Positions 8,919 to 17,189 of a DNA stretch of 64,000 nt are shown in pieces (the stretch's first letter is position 1; every line of letters begins with the position of its first letter). This DNA is from an uncultured Chloroflexaceae bacterium (GTDB lineage Bacteria > Chloroflexota > Chloroflexia > Chloroflexales > Chloroflexaceae). The DNA is taken from positions 7,488 through 71,487 of the forward strand of contig CAYPHM010000009.1 in NCBI GenBank assembly GCA_964410555.1, given 5' to 3'. The notes under the pieces were generated by a model that was given only the letters and a program-made list of their open reading frames with translations, was not told the origin of the DNA and did no database searches. The translations under genes were made by a program, and so were the position numbers.

Positions 8919-10484
8919 ATGGAGCTACACATGATCACATTTGCCGCTGATGGGGCTATGGATTGGTTAGCAAAGCGTGCGCTCCTTTCCCCGGAACGAG
9001 TAGCACTCATAGATGCTAGTAGCGGAGAAGAAATTACCTATGCTGCATGGGATCATCGGGCAAACACGGTTGCCAATGCGTTCATGAATTTAGGGTTGCA
9101 TAAAGGGGACCGGGTAGCAGTGCTTGCGATGAATAGCCTAGCATACCTAGATATTGTCTTTGCTTGTCAAAAAACAGGCATTATTGTGCAGGCACTCAAT
9201 TGGCGGCTTTCTACCAGTGAACTGAAACAGCTTATTCAAGCTGCCAACCCCAGGATGCTCATTTATAGTGATGATTTCTTGGAAAAAGCAATGGAACTCC
9301 AAAGCCAAGCCCCCCTAATGGTAGATTATATGGTTGGGATAGAAGATGCGCTAGAAGATGGGCATATGCTGTGGGAAGAATTGCTTGCATACGGAGCAGC
9401 CTATCCCCTACCAACTCAGGATACGGTCTCTATGGAAGACCCCTGGATACTCTGTTATACTGGTGGGACGACGGGACTCCCCAAAGCTGCCATCTTGACG
9501 CATGGCACGGTAACTTGGAATGCGATAAATACGACCACAAGTTGGGAACTCACACCAGATGATATGACCTTCTTAAACATGCCGCTCTTTCATACCGGTG
9601 GGTTGAATGTGTTTACTACGCCGCTGGTACATATAGGCGGGTGCTCTATCGTCTGTAAAATGTTTGACGTAGACCAGGTGTTTGATCTGCTTGCCCGCTA
9701 CCCGATAACCACGTTTGTTGCAGTTCCAACAATGTTCATTATGATGCAACAGCACAAACGTTGGGAACAGGCAGATTTTTCGCGCTGCCGCATGGTCTTT
9801 AGTGGAGGAGCTTCCTGTCCAATGCCAATTGTTCAGCGGTTCTTTGATAAGGGAGTCTGCTTCAAAACGGGATATGGGTTGACGGAAGCGGGTCCCAATA
9901 CCTTTTGGATGCCAGACAACGATGTTCGCCGCAAGGCTGGTGCGGCAGGGTTCCCCCTCTTGCATATCCAGGTTCGTATTGTCAATGAGGCAGGCGAGGA
10001 ATGCCAACCCAACGAAGTGGGCGAGCTGCGTATTCGGGGACCGCATGTTATCCCTGGCTATTGGAATAACCCTGGGGCTACCAGTAAGACCATCATCGAT
10101 GGGTGGCTCCACACCGGCGATCTTGCTTGCCGTGATGAAGAGGGATACATTTCTATTGTTGGACGCAGTAAGGATATGATTATCTCTGGCGGCGAGAATA
10201 TTTACCCCGCCGAGATAGAAAGTGTCATGCTTGGACATCCTGCCATTGCCGAGTCTGCTGTAATAGGGGTACCAGACACCAAATGGGGAGAGGTTGGTCG
10301 GGCTATTGTTGTATTACGCACAGGAGCAAATGTCAGTGCAGATGAATTGCTCGACTATATGCAGAAATTTTTGGCACCCTACAAACTCCCCAAATCTATT
10401 GTATTTGTGAAGGATTTACCCAGGACAGGTGCAGGCAAGATTGACAAGAAAGTCCTGGCAGAACAGTATGGAGGCATTACGTGA
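8919..10484 (+). CDS. AMP-dependent acyl-CoA synthetase/ligase (ANL superfamily)
   Basis: YTGGTTGLPKAA, GYGLTEAG, GDL..DEEGY..GRSKD and the C-terminal GKIDKK. An alternative start at ATG 8931 has a better-spaced GGAG. Confidence 0.85.
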   Translation: MELHMITFAADGAMDWLAKRALLSPERVALIDASSGEEITYAAWDHRANTVANAFMNLGLHKGDRVAVLAMNSLAYLDIVFACQKTGIIVQALNWRLSTSELKQLIQAANPRMLIYSDDFLEKAMELQSQAPLMVDYMVGIEDALEDGHMLWEELLAYGAAYPLPTQDTVSMEDPWILCYTGGTTGLPKAAILTHGTVTWNAINTTTSWELTPDDMTFLNMPLFHTGGLNVFTTPLVHIGGCSIVCKMFDVDQVFDLLARYPITTFVAVPTMFIMMQQHKRWEQADFSRCRMVFSGGASCPMPIVQRFFDKGVCFKTGYGLTEAGPNTFWMPDNDVRRKAGAAGFPLLHIQVRIVNEAGEECQPNEVGELRIRGPHVIPGYWNNPGATSKTIIDGWLHTGDLACRDEEGYISIVGRSKDMIISGGENIYPAEIESVMLGHPAIAESAVIGVPDTKWGEVGRAIVVLRTGANVSADELLDYMQKFLAPYKLPKSIVFVKDLPRTGAGKIDKKVLAEQYGGIT

Positions 10485-12133
10485 CCATTTCAACAAACAA
10501 CCGATACCGTCTCATCCTTATCTTCATCCTCGTTACTGGCTTACTTGGGGCTTTGCTGGTTGGCTCTACCCAACAGGCTTGGGGGCAATCCCAGCTGGGC
10601 AAGCAGGTTAAAGGGGTTATCCAGGGAGATGTGACGTGGACGAAAGCAGAAAGCCCCTATATCCTCACGGACAGAACAACTATCCCCAATGGAAGCAGTC
10701 TGACCATTGAGCCTGGAGTTGTCGTGCAGGGACAGACAGAAACAGAACTCAAGGTCTTTGGGACACTCAAGGCGGTAGGGACAGTGACAGAGACGATTAC
10801 CTTTACGTCAGAGAGTGATAGTGGGCCAGATCAATGGTCAGGGTTGGTCATTGATGGCGGCTCTGGCGAACTGCGCCATACCATAATCCGCTATGCTGGT
10901 AATGTCAATAGCATAGACCTACGAAGCAATATCTCTGTGCGGAACAGTCCATCAGTACACATTGACCACAGTCTTATTACCCAAGAAGAGCATCGCGGTA
11001 CCATAACCTTAGATGTGATAGACTATGGGATGTACATTGAAAATAGTACCGTACACATCATCAACAGTAGCTTTATTGAAAATGGCAATTCTGCGGAAGA
11101 TGCAGCCGTATATACCACCGGTAATCGGATGATGCTGACGATGCAAAACAATATTTTTAGCAATAATAGCGTTAATCGGGTGGTTATTGACAGTGAGCAA
11201 TGGAAAACAAACGATATTACCCTTGAGCCACAAGAGGGATTGGAAGGGTATCAGCTTAACCAGTTCTTTACTATTACAGACAATATGACTATGACGATAG
11301 CCCCAGGCACAACGGTGATGGGCAGGAGTGTTGGCGGTATCAAAGTGCAAGGCAACCTTACCGCTATCGGGACAGCCACACAGCCGATCACCTTTACCAA
11401 AGCCCAGAGTAGCAGCGGATGGAGAGGGTTACTCTTTGATGGGTCAGAAGGGAAGGGGTCTGGTAGCCTCAAGTACGTGAGCGTTTGGCATGGCGGACAA
11501 CCCAACGGTACCCAACCGAGCAATATTGCGGTGGTAGATGTACAAGACCCTGCCTCTGTGCATATTGAGCAGAGCGATATTCGCCATGCGTATGCGCCCG
11601 GCGGTATCCCAAAGGGGACACCTGAACAGGGTATCTATGTGGAAAATAGTATTGTATCGGTAGATTCAACCTACTTCGGAAACAATGGGTCGTTGAATAA
11701 CGACAACACGATCTATGTGACGGGCAATGACACAGAATTCAGCTTGACCCGTTCTGAGATAGTCAACACATCGGAAAGCAAGTCTAACGAATCTGGTCCT
11801 CGTGGAGTGCTTATCAGTGGGGGGAAGGTCAACGTGTGGTGTACATCCTTTGAGATAAACAAGGGCAGTGGGGCTATCTATACCACCCGAAGCCTCAGCA
11901 CCACAGTTACCCATTCCAGTTTTATCAACAATCAATATGGGGTTGTTCATCGAGAGGGTCCCGCGGTGTTTGCCAAGTATAACTGGTGGAATAGTTCATC
12001 TGGTCCCTATACGGGTCGCCCCGGTATCAATGATGCCGTCAACGCCGTGGCAGGGAATGTGCTCTATGACCCCTGGCTCACCTCACGCCCAGATTGTTTG
12101 ATGGCAGTCTATCTACCATTGGTTCAGAGATAA
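10481..12133 (+). CDS. Secreted or membrane-anchored right-handed beta-helix repeat protein
   Basis: N-terminal hydrophobic anchor LILIFILVTGLLGALLVG. Two similar halves with repeated N-x-S/T-rich beta-helix-like turns. GTG start overlaps the upstream stop by 4 nt. Confidence 0.6.
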   Translation: MTISTNNRYRLILIFILVTGLLGALLVGSTQQAWGQSQLGKQVKGVIQGDVTWTKAESPYILTDRTTIPNGSSLTIEPGVVVQGQTETELKVFGTLKAVGTVTETITFTSESDSGPDQWSGLVIDGGSGELRHTIIRYAGNVNSIDLRSNISVRNSPSVHIDHSLITQEEHRGTITLDVIDYGMYIENSTVHIINSSFIENGNSAEDAAVYTTGNRMMLTMQNNIFSNNSVNRVVIDSEQWKTNDITLEPQEGLEGYQLNQFFTITDNMTMTIAPGTTVMGRSVGGIKVQGNLTAIGTATQPITFTKAQSSSGWRGLLFDGSEGKGSGSLKYVSVWHGGQPNGTQPSNIAVVDVQDPASVHIEQSDIRHAYAPGGIPKGTPEQGIYVENSIVSVDSTYFGNNGSLNNDNTIYVTGNDTEFSLTRSEIVNTSESKSNESGPRGVLISGGKVNVWCTSFEINKGSGAIYTTRSLSTTVTHSSFINNQYGVVHREGPAVFAKYNWWNSSSGPYTGRPGINDAVNAVAGNVLYDPWLTSRPDCLMAVYLPLVQR

Positions 12134-12207
12134 GGGATAAGGGATAAGGGATAAGGGATAAGGGATAAGGGATAAGGGATAAGGGATAAGGGATAAGGGA
12201 TAAGGGA
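12131..12207 (+). repeat. Perfect tandem heptanucleotide repeat (TAAGGGA) x 11
   Basis: Units counted directly at 12131, 12138 ... 12201. The first TAA is the stop codon of the beta-helix gene. Confidence 0.97.
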
Positions 12208-12274
12208 AAGGAGGGGAGATGATTTCTAGCTCTTGAAAAGTGTTCAGAAGTGTGTTGTACTACGCTTTATGGGT

Positions 12275-12550
12275 ATGTCTACTATTCGACAGTTTTCAGA
12301 GCAGATCGGCGTTTCGGTAAAGACCCTCCAGCGGTGGGATCGGGAAGGAAACCGTATTCCCCTCCGTACCCCAAGCAACCGACGACAGTATACCGATGAA
12401 CACATCCGTCAAGCACTTGGATTACGGGGTATCCAGACGACCATCGAAACGCGAAAAACCGTGGGGTATATGCGGGTATCGAGTCAGGCGCAGCAACCTG
12501 ACCTAGCTAATCAGCGTCACGCACTTGAGCAGTTTTGTGCAGCACGATGT
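12275..12550 (+). pseudogene. IS607-family serine recombinase (TnpA), N-terminal fragment only
   Basis: MerR-like HTH (IRQFSEQIGVSVKTLQRWDREG) then a resolvase N-terminus (VGYMRVSSQAQQPDLANQ..LEQFCAA). Homology stops around residue 105 and the catalytic-domain remainder is absent. Confidence 0.65.
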
Positions 12551-12868
12551 GAAAAGCGAAAATCATTGTGCAGATAGTCGCTATATTACCCTCACCAATA
12601 TCGGCTCAGAGTCCAGAACGTTGCACGACTAGACGATAGATGAAGACACGGAGTACCCATTGCCAGATATAGTCCTAGACCCTGGTGTTGATGTCAAGAT
12701 ATGGAGTGGTCCGGGGACAAACGATAATCAGAACATCTATGTTGGGCGAACGAGCCTCGTTTGGGATGCCAAAAATGGGATGTCTGTAGGTGTGGTAGAT
12801 AATAGCTTATTGAGCGGTCATGTAGAATTGTACTTTGTGGGCGGACAGAGCTGCTACCCGGTACTTGG

Positions 12869-12942
12869 TCCCCCCATCCCCTCGCCCCGCGTCCCACCGC
12901 AGGGAGAAGGGGAACGCACACCGGGCAAGCCCCCATCCCCTT
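12869..12942. repeat. GC-rich modular repeat (B unit, C-rich strand on +)
   Basis: CCCCCATCCCCTCGCCCCGCGTCCCACCGCAGGGAGAAGGGGAAC, abutting the stop of the PAS/STAS gene. Confidence 0.85.
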
Positions 12943-14947
12943 AACCATTTTTGCTCATCGCATAGGCAATCCCCTTTTGCAAGCTGCCACGGGTAATAAT
13001 GTTGCTCAAGTCTACCCCCAAGCTCACTAGCGTTTGTGCCATAGACGGTCCAATGCCCGTAAGCATCACCTCTGCCCCAAGCAACCGCACCGCCTGCGCC
13101 GCCTGGATGAGCACATTGGCTACCTGGGTATCCACCACTTGCATACCGGTAATGTCAATGATAGCGAAGGCAGCATCATGGTTTGCCACCCCCTCAAGTA
13201 GTGTTTCCATAATCGTTTGGGCACGTCCACTATCTATGCTACCAATGAGCGGCATAATCACCACCTTGTCAGCAATGGGAATAAGCGGCGAGGAAAGCTC
13301 ACGGATAGCTGCCCGCTGCGCCTCTATTACCTGCTCTTGCAAGGCAGCATGTTCTTGGATTTGACGTTTCTGTTGGGATATATCGCGGATAACTCCCGCT
13401 ACCTCCTGCACCTCTCCTAGCTCATTGTGAATAGCAAACGCCGACATCACGCCAGGAAAGATGCTACCATCACTTCGTTTGTAGGAAAGTTCCCCCTGCC
13501 AAAAGGCATGTTCGATAACTTGCTGCATCAAACGTTGCATCTTTTCGGCAGGCTCGTTATAGAGATTGAGAAAACTGGTTCCTACCAGTTCGTCCCCATA
13601 GTCCATCATCACGCGATAGGCAGGGTTGGCGTAGGTTACTATTCCGTCAAGGTTTGCTACCCCAATGCCATCACCGGCATTTTCTACCAGCATTTTGAAG
13701 AGGCGGAGTTGATCTTCCGTTTGCTTGCGCTCGTTGATGTCGGTAATAGTCCCTGCCATCCGTATGGGATTTCCTGTTTCATCCCGCTTCGTGATCTTGC
13801 CACGAGACAAGAACCATACCCACTCGCCGGACTTGTGGCGCATACGAGCCTCACAAGCATGCTCATCTCTCGTGCCTTGCAAATACTCTTGAAATAGGTT
13901 GATGGTATCGGCTTGGTCATCAGGATGGATAATCTCTATCCATGTATCTGCAACCGGGGCGAGTTCTTCAGGAGCATAGCCGAGCATTTCAGCGTAGCGT
14001 GGGGAATAGTAGGCTTTATTGGTTACGAGATTGGTATCCCACGCCCCATCTTGGCTGCCTTCCAAGATATAGCGTAACCGCTCTTCCTGCTCGCGCACTT
14101 CATCCTCCAAGCGTTTGCGCTCGGTAATGTCTGCGGTAATACCGCCTAGTCCATAGATCGTACCTTCGGGGTCATACAAAGGAAACTTGGTGGAGATATA
14201 GGTTCTGTTACTCCCATCATCCTGGGGCAACGTTTCCTCTATCACCAAGATTTGCCCCGTAGCAAGCACCTGTTGGTCATTGGTACGGATAGCATCAACA
14301 GCATCTTTTTGGAAAAAGTCATAGTCGTTCTTGCCAATAATATTTTCAGGTTCACGCTGGAGTAGCTTGGCAAACTGGCGATTAGCTAGAATAAGCGTAC
14401 CTTCAGTATCTTTGGCATAGATGATAGATGGCGAGTTGTCTATGACATGCTGGAGCAACAATTGCTTGGATCGCAGTTCTTCTTCCACCCGGCGATATTC
14501 GGTAATATCAAGCACATACCCCTCATAGTGGGTAATTGTTCCCTCTTGGTCGCGGATGATGCGCGTATAGTCATATATCCAGCGTACATCCCCATCAGCA
14601 TGCACAAGGCGATAGGATTGTTCAAAACTCTTAGCCCCCGCCTCGCTATAGCCCTGTACCTCTGCTGCGACCCGTTCGAGGTCTTCTGGGTAGACTATCG
14701 AGACAAAGGGGATACGTCCACTGGTCAGGTCATCGGGGGTGTAGCCAAGTTGCTGCACATTGGGGGAAACAAAATCAATGGGACAACCGGCTGCAGCTAC
14801 CCAACGAAAAAGAATAATTGCGCCCCCTTCAAAGAGGGTCTGATGTTGGTATTCTGTTCGAGTACGGAGTTGTTGTTCTAGTTCTCCGATGCGTTGTTTG
14901 AGCGATTCATTTTCCTTTCGCAAGTGCTCATGTTCTGCATGGGACAT
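12941..14947 (-). CDS. Multi-PAS sensor protein with C-terminal RsbR-type STAS domain
   Basis: N-terminal coiled coil, then about four PAS-length repeats. The C-terminus is LIPIADKVVIMPLIGSIDSGRAQ..IIDITGMQVVDTQVA..LTGIGPSMAQTLV, typical of RsbR-like STAS. Confidence 0.85.
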   Translation of the reverse strand: MSHAEHEHLRKENESLKQRIGELEQQLRTRTEYQHQTLFEGGAIILFRWVAAAGCPIDFVSPNVQQLGYTPDDLTSGRIPFVSIVYPEDLERVAAEVQGYSEAGAKSFEQSYRLVHADGDVRWIYDYTRIIRDQEGTITHYEGYVLDITEYRRVEEELRSKQLLLQHVIDNSPSIIYAKDTEGTLILANRQFAKLLQREPENIIGKNDYDFFQKDAVDAIRTNDQQVLATGQILVIEETLPQDDGSNRTYISTKFPLYDPEGTIYGLGGITADITERKRLEDEVREQEERLRYILEGSQDGAWDTNLVTNKAYYSPRYAEMLGYAPEELAPVADTWIEIIHPDDQADTINLFQEYLQGTRDEHACEARMRHKSGEWVWFLSRGKITKRDETGNPIRMAGTITDINERKQTEDQLRLFKMLVENAGDGIGVANLDGIVTYANPAYRVMMDYGDELVGTSFLNLYNEPAEKMQRLMQQVIEHAFWQGELSYKRSDGSIFPGVMSAFAIHNELGEVQEVAGVIRDISQQKRQIQEHAALQEQVIEAQRAAIRELSSPLIPIADKVVIMPLIGSIDSGRAQTIMETLLEGVANHDAAFAIIDITGMQVVDTQVANVLIQAAQAVRLLGAEVMLTGIGPSMAQTLVSLGVDLSNIITRGSLQKGIAYAMSKNG

Positions 14948-15028
14948 AGGTGTTGTTCCTTTCGATCTACTTGGTATAAAGCATACGAATTTTGCTGATG
15001 TATGACCAGAAATGAACCATTTTGGTTA

Positions 15029-15193
15029 GGGGCAAGCCCCCATCCCCTAGCCCTTTCCCCCACCATGGGGAGCAGGGGGTCCGTATTGAAAGCAAGGGAG
15101 CATGCTCCCTTGCTACCCCCCCCCGTCCAATCCTCCTTCTCCCCTCGGTGGGGGTAGGGGATGGGGAGGAGAGACGTTGCATGCAACGTCTCT
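15029..15193. repeat. GC-rich modular repeat cluster including two GCATGC-centred palindromes
   Basis: CCCCCATCCCCTAGCCC; 24-nt palindrome AGCAAGGGAGCATGCTCCCTTGCT (15091-15114); 24-nt palindrome AGAGACGTTGCATGCAACGTCTCT (15170-15193). Confidence 0.9.
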
Positions 15194-15234
15194 ACATCTG
15201 CAACAGAACACAGAAAACCAGGGTGCAATATGAG

Positions 15235-16452
15235 CTATGCCCCATAGATTCCCCGTTCCCACCGCGAAGCATGATACCTTCTCATGGAGACGGGTAAAGG
15301 CTCTCCCTCAACAGGATTTTGTGTGACCCACAAAGCACATTCCCAGGTCTGTCGGGCTATGACCTCTATATCTTGACTCCAAAACATCCCCGCCAATTCT
15401 CGTATGGGCAACTGGAGGATTGCCTCTCCTTGCGGGCTTAAAACAGCCAAATTCCCCCCCACTGAGGCGACTTGTTCATCGGTCAGATGTTGCTTACGGA
15501 AAATATCATGCACAAGGCGTTGCGGGACTTCGGATACCAGATCAACCTTTTGTAACGTGGGTTGCTCCCCTTTGCGGACATATTCCACTGCCCATACTGC
15601 CGGTCCTGCAGTTTTGGGGAGGGGCTTCATATCGGTAAACCAATCATACCAGTACATCCATGCTGTTTTCGAGCGACTAGTGGGATGGTGAAATCCCCAC
15701 AACCGCTGCGGCGTATCAAACGCCAAGTAGACTCCCCCAACGGCTGGACTATACGGATTTCGCTCCTGCCACCATCCAATCGCATAGGCTTCTATATCTC
15801 GTTGGGCTAGTAGCCCTTGCTCGTGGGCGAGATAATGCCACACGCGGTCAATATGGATGCTATGACTAGGCTGCCAGAAAATAGCCCCATTTGGCGTGGC
15901 TTGCACTTGTTCTAGCACATAGGGGGCGGGGCTTTTTTCGACGTGCTCTTCATACCTTTCCGGGTAGATAGTATAGCCACGGGTGGAAACATCTTCCATA
16001 GGGAACATCCGGGTGGGACCATACCCAATGGGACTGCCTGGCTCCAACGTTCCTATTGGGAGAAGAGCGCATTGTCGTTCTTTCTCATACCCAAACTTCA
16101 CTCCCTCAATAGCCCAGTATGCGGTGCATTCTTCGGGTGGCGGACGCAACCAGTGACCACGATTCTCGGTGAGCATCCATCCTTTTTGAAACTTCTTCAC
16201 GTAATAGTTGGAACGTGGGTAGGCAATGTATGCGGGACCTTCTCCAATACCTTCGCCCCAATTCCACACTTCCCACCAACCAATAACCCATAGACCACAT
16301 TGGCTTTTCCAACGATCTATTACTTCACCACTCGTTATGAGGATTTCATCTACACTAGCAGGTCGTTCAAGAACAAACGTGTGTTCATATTCAATAAGTG
16401 TTCCCAATTGCTTCTCCTTTGGCAAAGTTCTGTTTGGTATGGAGGTTCGCAC
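15235..16452 (-). CDS. Hypothetical Trp-rich protein (22 W in 405 aa)
   Basis: Long ORF with no family recognised. The start is uncertain: GTG 16452 lies 19 nt from AGGAGG, while TTG at 16407 lies 6 nt after AAGGAG. Confidence 0.55.
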   Translation of the reverse strand: MRTSIPNRTLPKEKQLGTLIEYEHTFVLERPASVDEILITSGEVIDRWKSQCGLWVIGWWEVWNWGEGIGEGPAYIAYPRSNYYVKKFQKGWMLTENRGHWLRPPPEECTAYWAIEGVKFGYEKERQCALLPIGTLEPGSPIGYGPTRMFPMEDVSTRGYTIYPERYEEHVEKSPAPYVLEQVQATPNGAIFWQPSHSIHIDRVWHYLAHEQGLLAQRDIEAYAIGWWQERNPYSPAVGGVYLAFDTPQRLWGFHHPTSRSKTAWMYWYDWFTDMKPLPKTAGPAVWAVEYVRKGEQPTLQKVDLVSEVPQRLVHDIFRKQHLTDEQVASVGGNLAVLSPQGEAILQLPIRELAGMFWSQDIEVIARQTWECALWVTQNPVEGEPLPVSMRRYHASRWERGIYGA

Positions 16453-16489
16453 GACAATGTTGTCTTAGTTCCTCCTACCTTTACCTTCC

Positions 16490-16683
16490 TTATCCATAGT
16501 CTCCCCGTTCCCAACGCGATACGTGGTAGCGTCTAGCTGCGGCGGGGAATGGCTCCCCCGCAACGGGATTTTGTGTCACCCACAAAGCACATTCCCATGC
16601 ATGCCGAGCGATAGTATCGACATCTTGACTCCAAAAGATACCAGACAATTCCCGTATGGGCAACTGAAGGATGGACTGCCCAG
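16490..16683 (-). pseudogene. 3' remnant of a paralogue of the Trp-rich protein gene
   Basis: The minus strand reads ..GQSILQLPIRELSGIFWSQDVDTIARHAWECALWVTQNPVAGEPFPAAARRYHVSRWERGDYG*, matching the last ~65 aa of the 405-aa protein. An in-frame TGA lies just upstream and no 5' part is present. Confidence 0.75.
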
Positions 16684-16703
16684 TATCATGTCAAAGTTCC
16701 AAT

Positions 16704-17080
16704 TCCCCCCCCATCCCCTCGCCCCGCATCCCACCGCGGGGGGAAGGGGCTGTTAGGCTCCCCCTCGCCCTTTATGGGAGAGGGGGCAGGGGGAGAGGGT
16801 ATTCCGGGCAACCCCATCCCCTAGCCCCCTGTTGGTACCAGTGTTCCCGGTGGGATTGAGGAGGGAGAGGGTGTTCCGGGCAACCCCATCCCCTAGCCCC
16901 TTACCCCCGCTACGCGGGAGAAGGGGAACGAACACCGGGCGGCTCCCCCTCGCCCGAACGAGCCGCGAGTGAGCGGATGTATCCTTTGTATCCCCCTCGC
17001 CCTTTATGGGAGAAGGGGCAGGGGGAGAGGATAGGTAAAAAGGGCAAAAATTCTTTGATTGTGCGACTTTGCAATCACCC
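16704..17080. repeat. GC-rich modular repeat cluster (several B units, A unit, C module)
   Basis: CCCCATCCCCTAGCCCC occurs twice. CTCCCCCTCGCCCTTTATGGGAGAGGGGGCAGGGGGAG is followed by AAAAAGGGCAAAAATTCTTTGATTGTGCGACTTTGCAATCACCC. Confidence 0.9.
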
Positions 17081-17189
17081 TACGGCAAAGTTCTGTGAAC
17101 TTTGGCTATGGGGGGTTCATGACAATGTTGCCAGAACCCCCCATGCCCTAGTATTGTGTCCTCTTTGGTTGCCTAGCTACTCATCTACG

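Noticed and set aside
8699-9010. A 103-aa ORF on the minus strand, in the gap upstream of and overlapping the acyl-CoA ligase start.
   Set aside because: It overlaps the start of a well-supported gene in antisense. It has Ser/Asn-rich low-complexity composition and no RBS.
9573-10238. Long antisense ORFs inside well-supported genes. Examples are 9573-10238, 40974-41519, 42925-43548, 48506-49240, 46265-46921, 30086-30673, 53064-53585 and 57150-57620.
   Set aside because: Each lies fully within and opposite a gene with clear family motifs. Such shadow ORFs are expected in GC-rich coding DNA.
12660-12944. A 94-aa ORF on the + strand between the tnpA relic and the PAS/STAS gene.
   Set aside because: Its last third is repeat-module read-through. 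There is no convincing RBS and no family recognised. It may be a fragment of a destroyed gene, but I cannot support a call.
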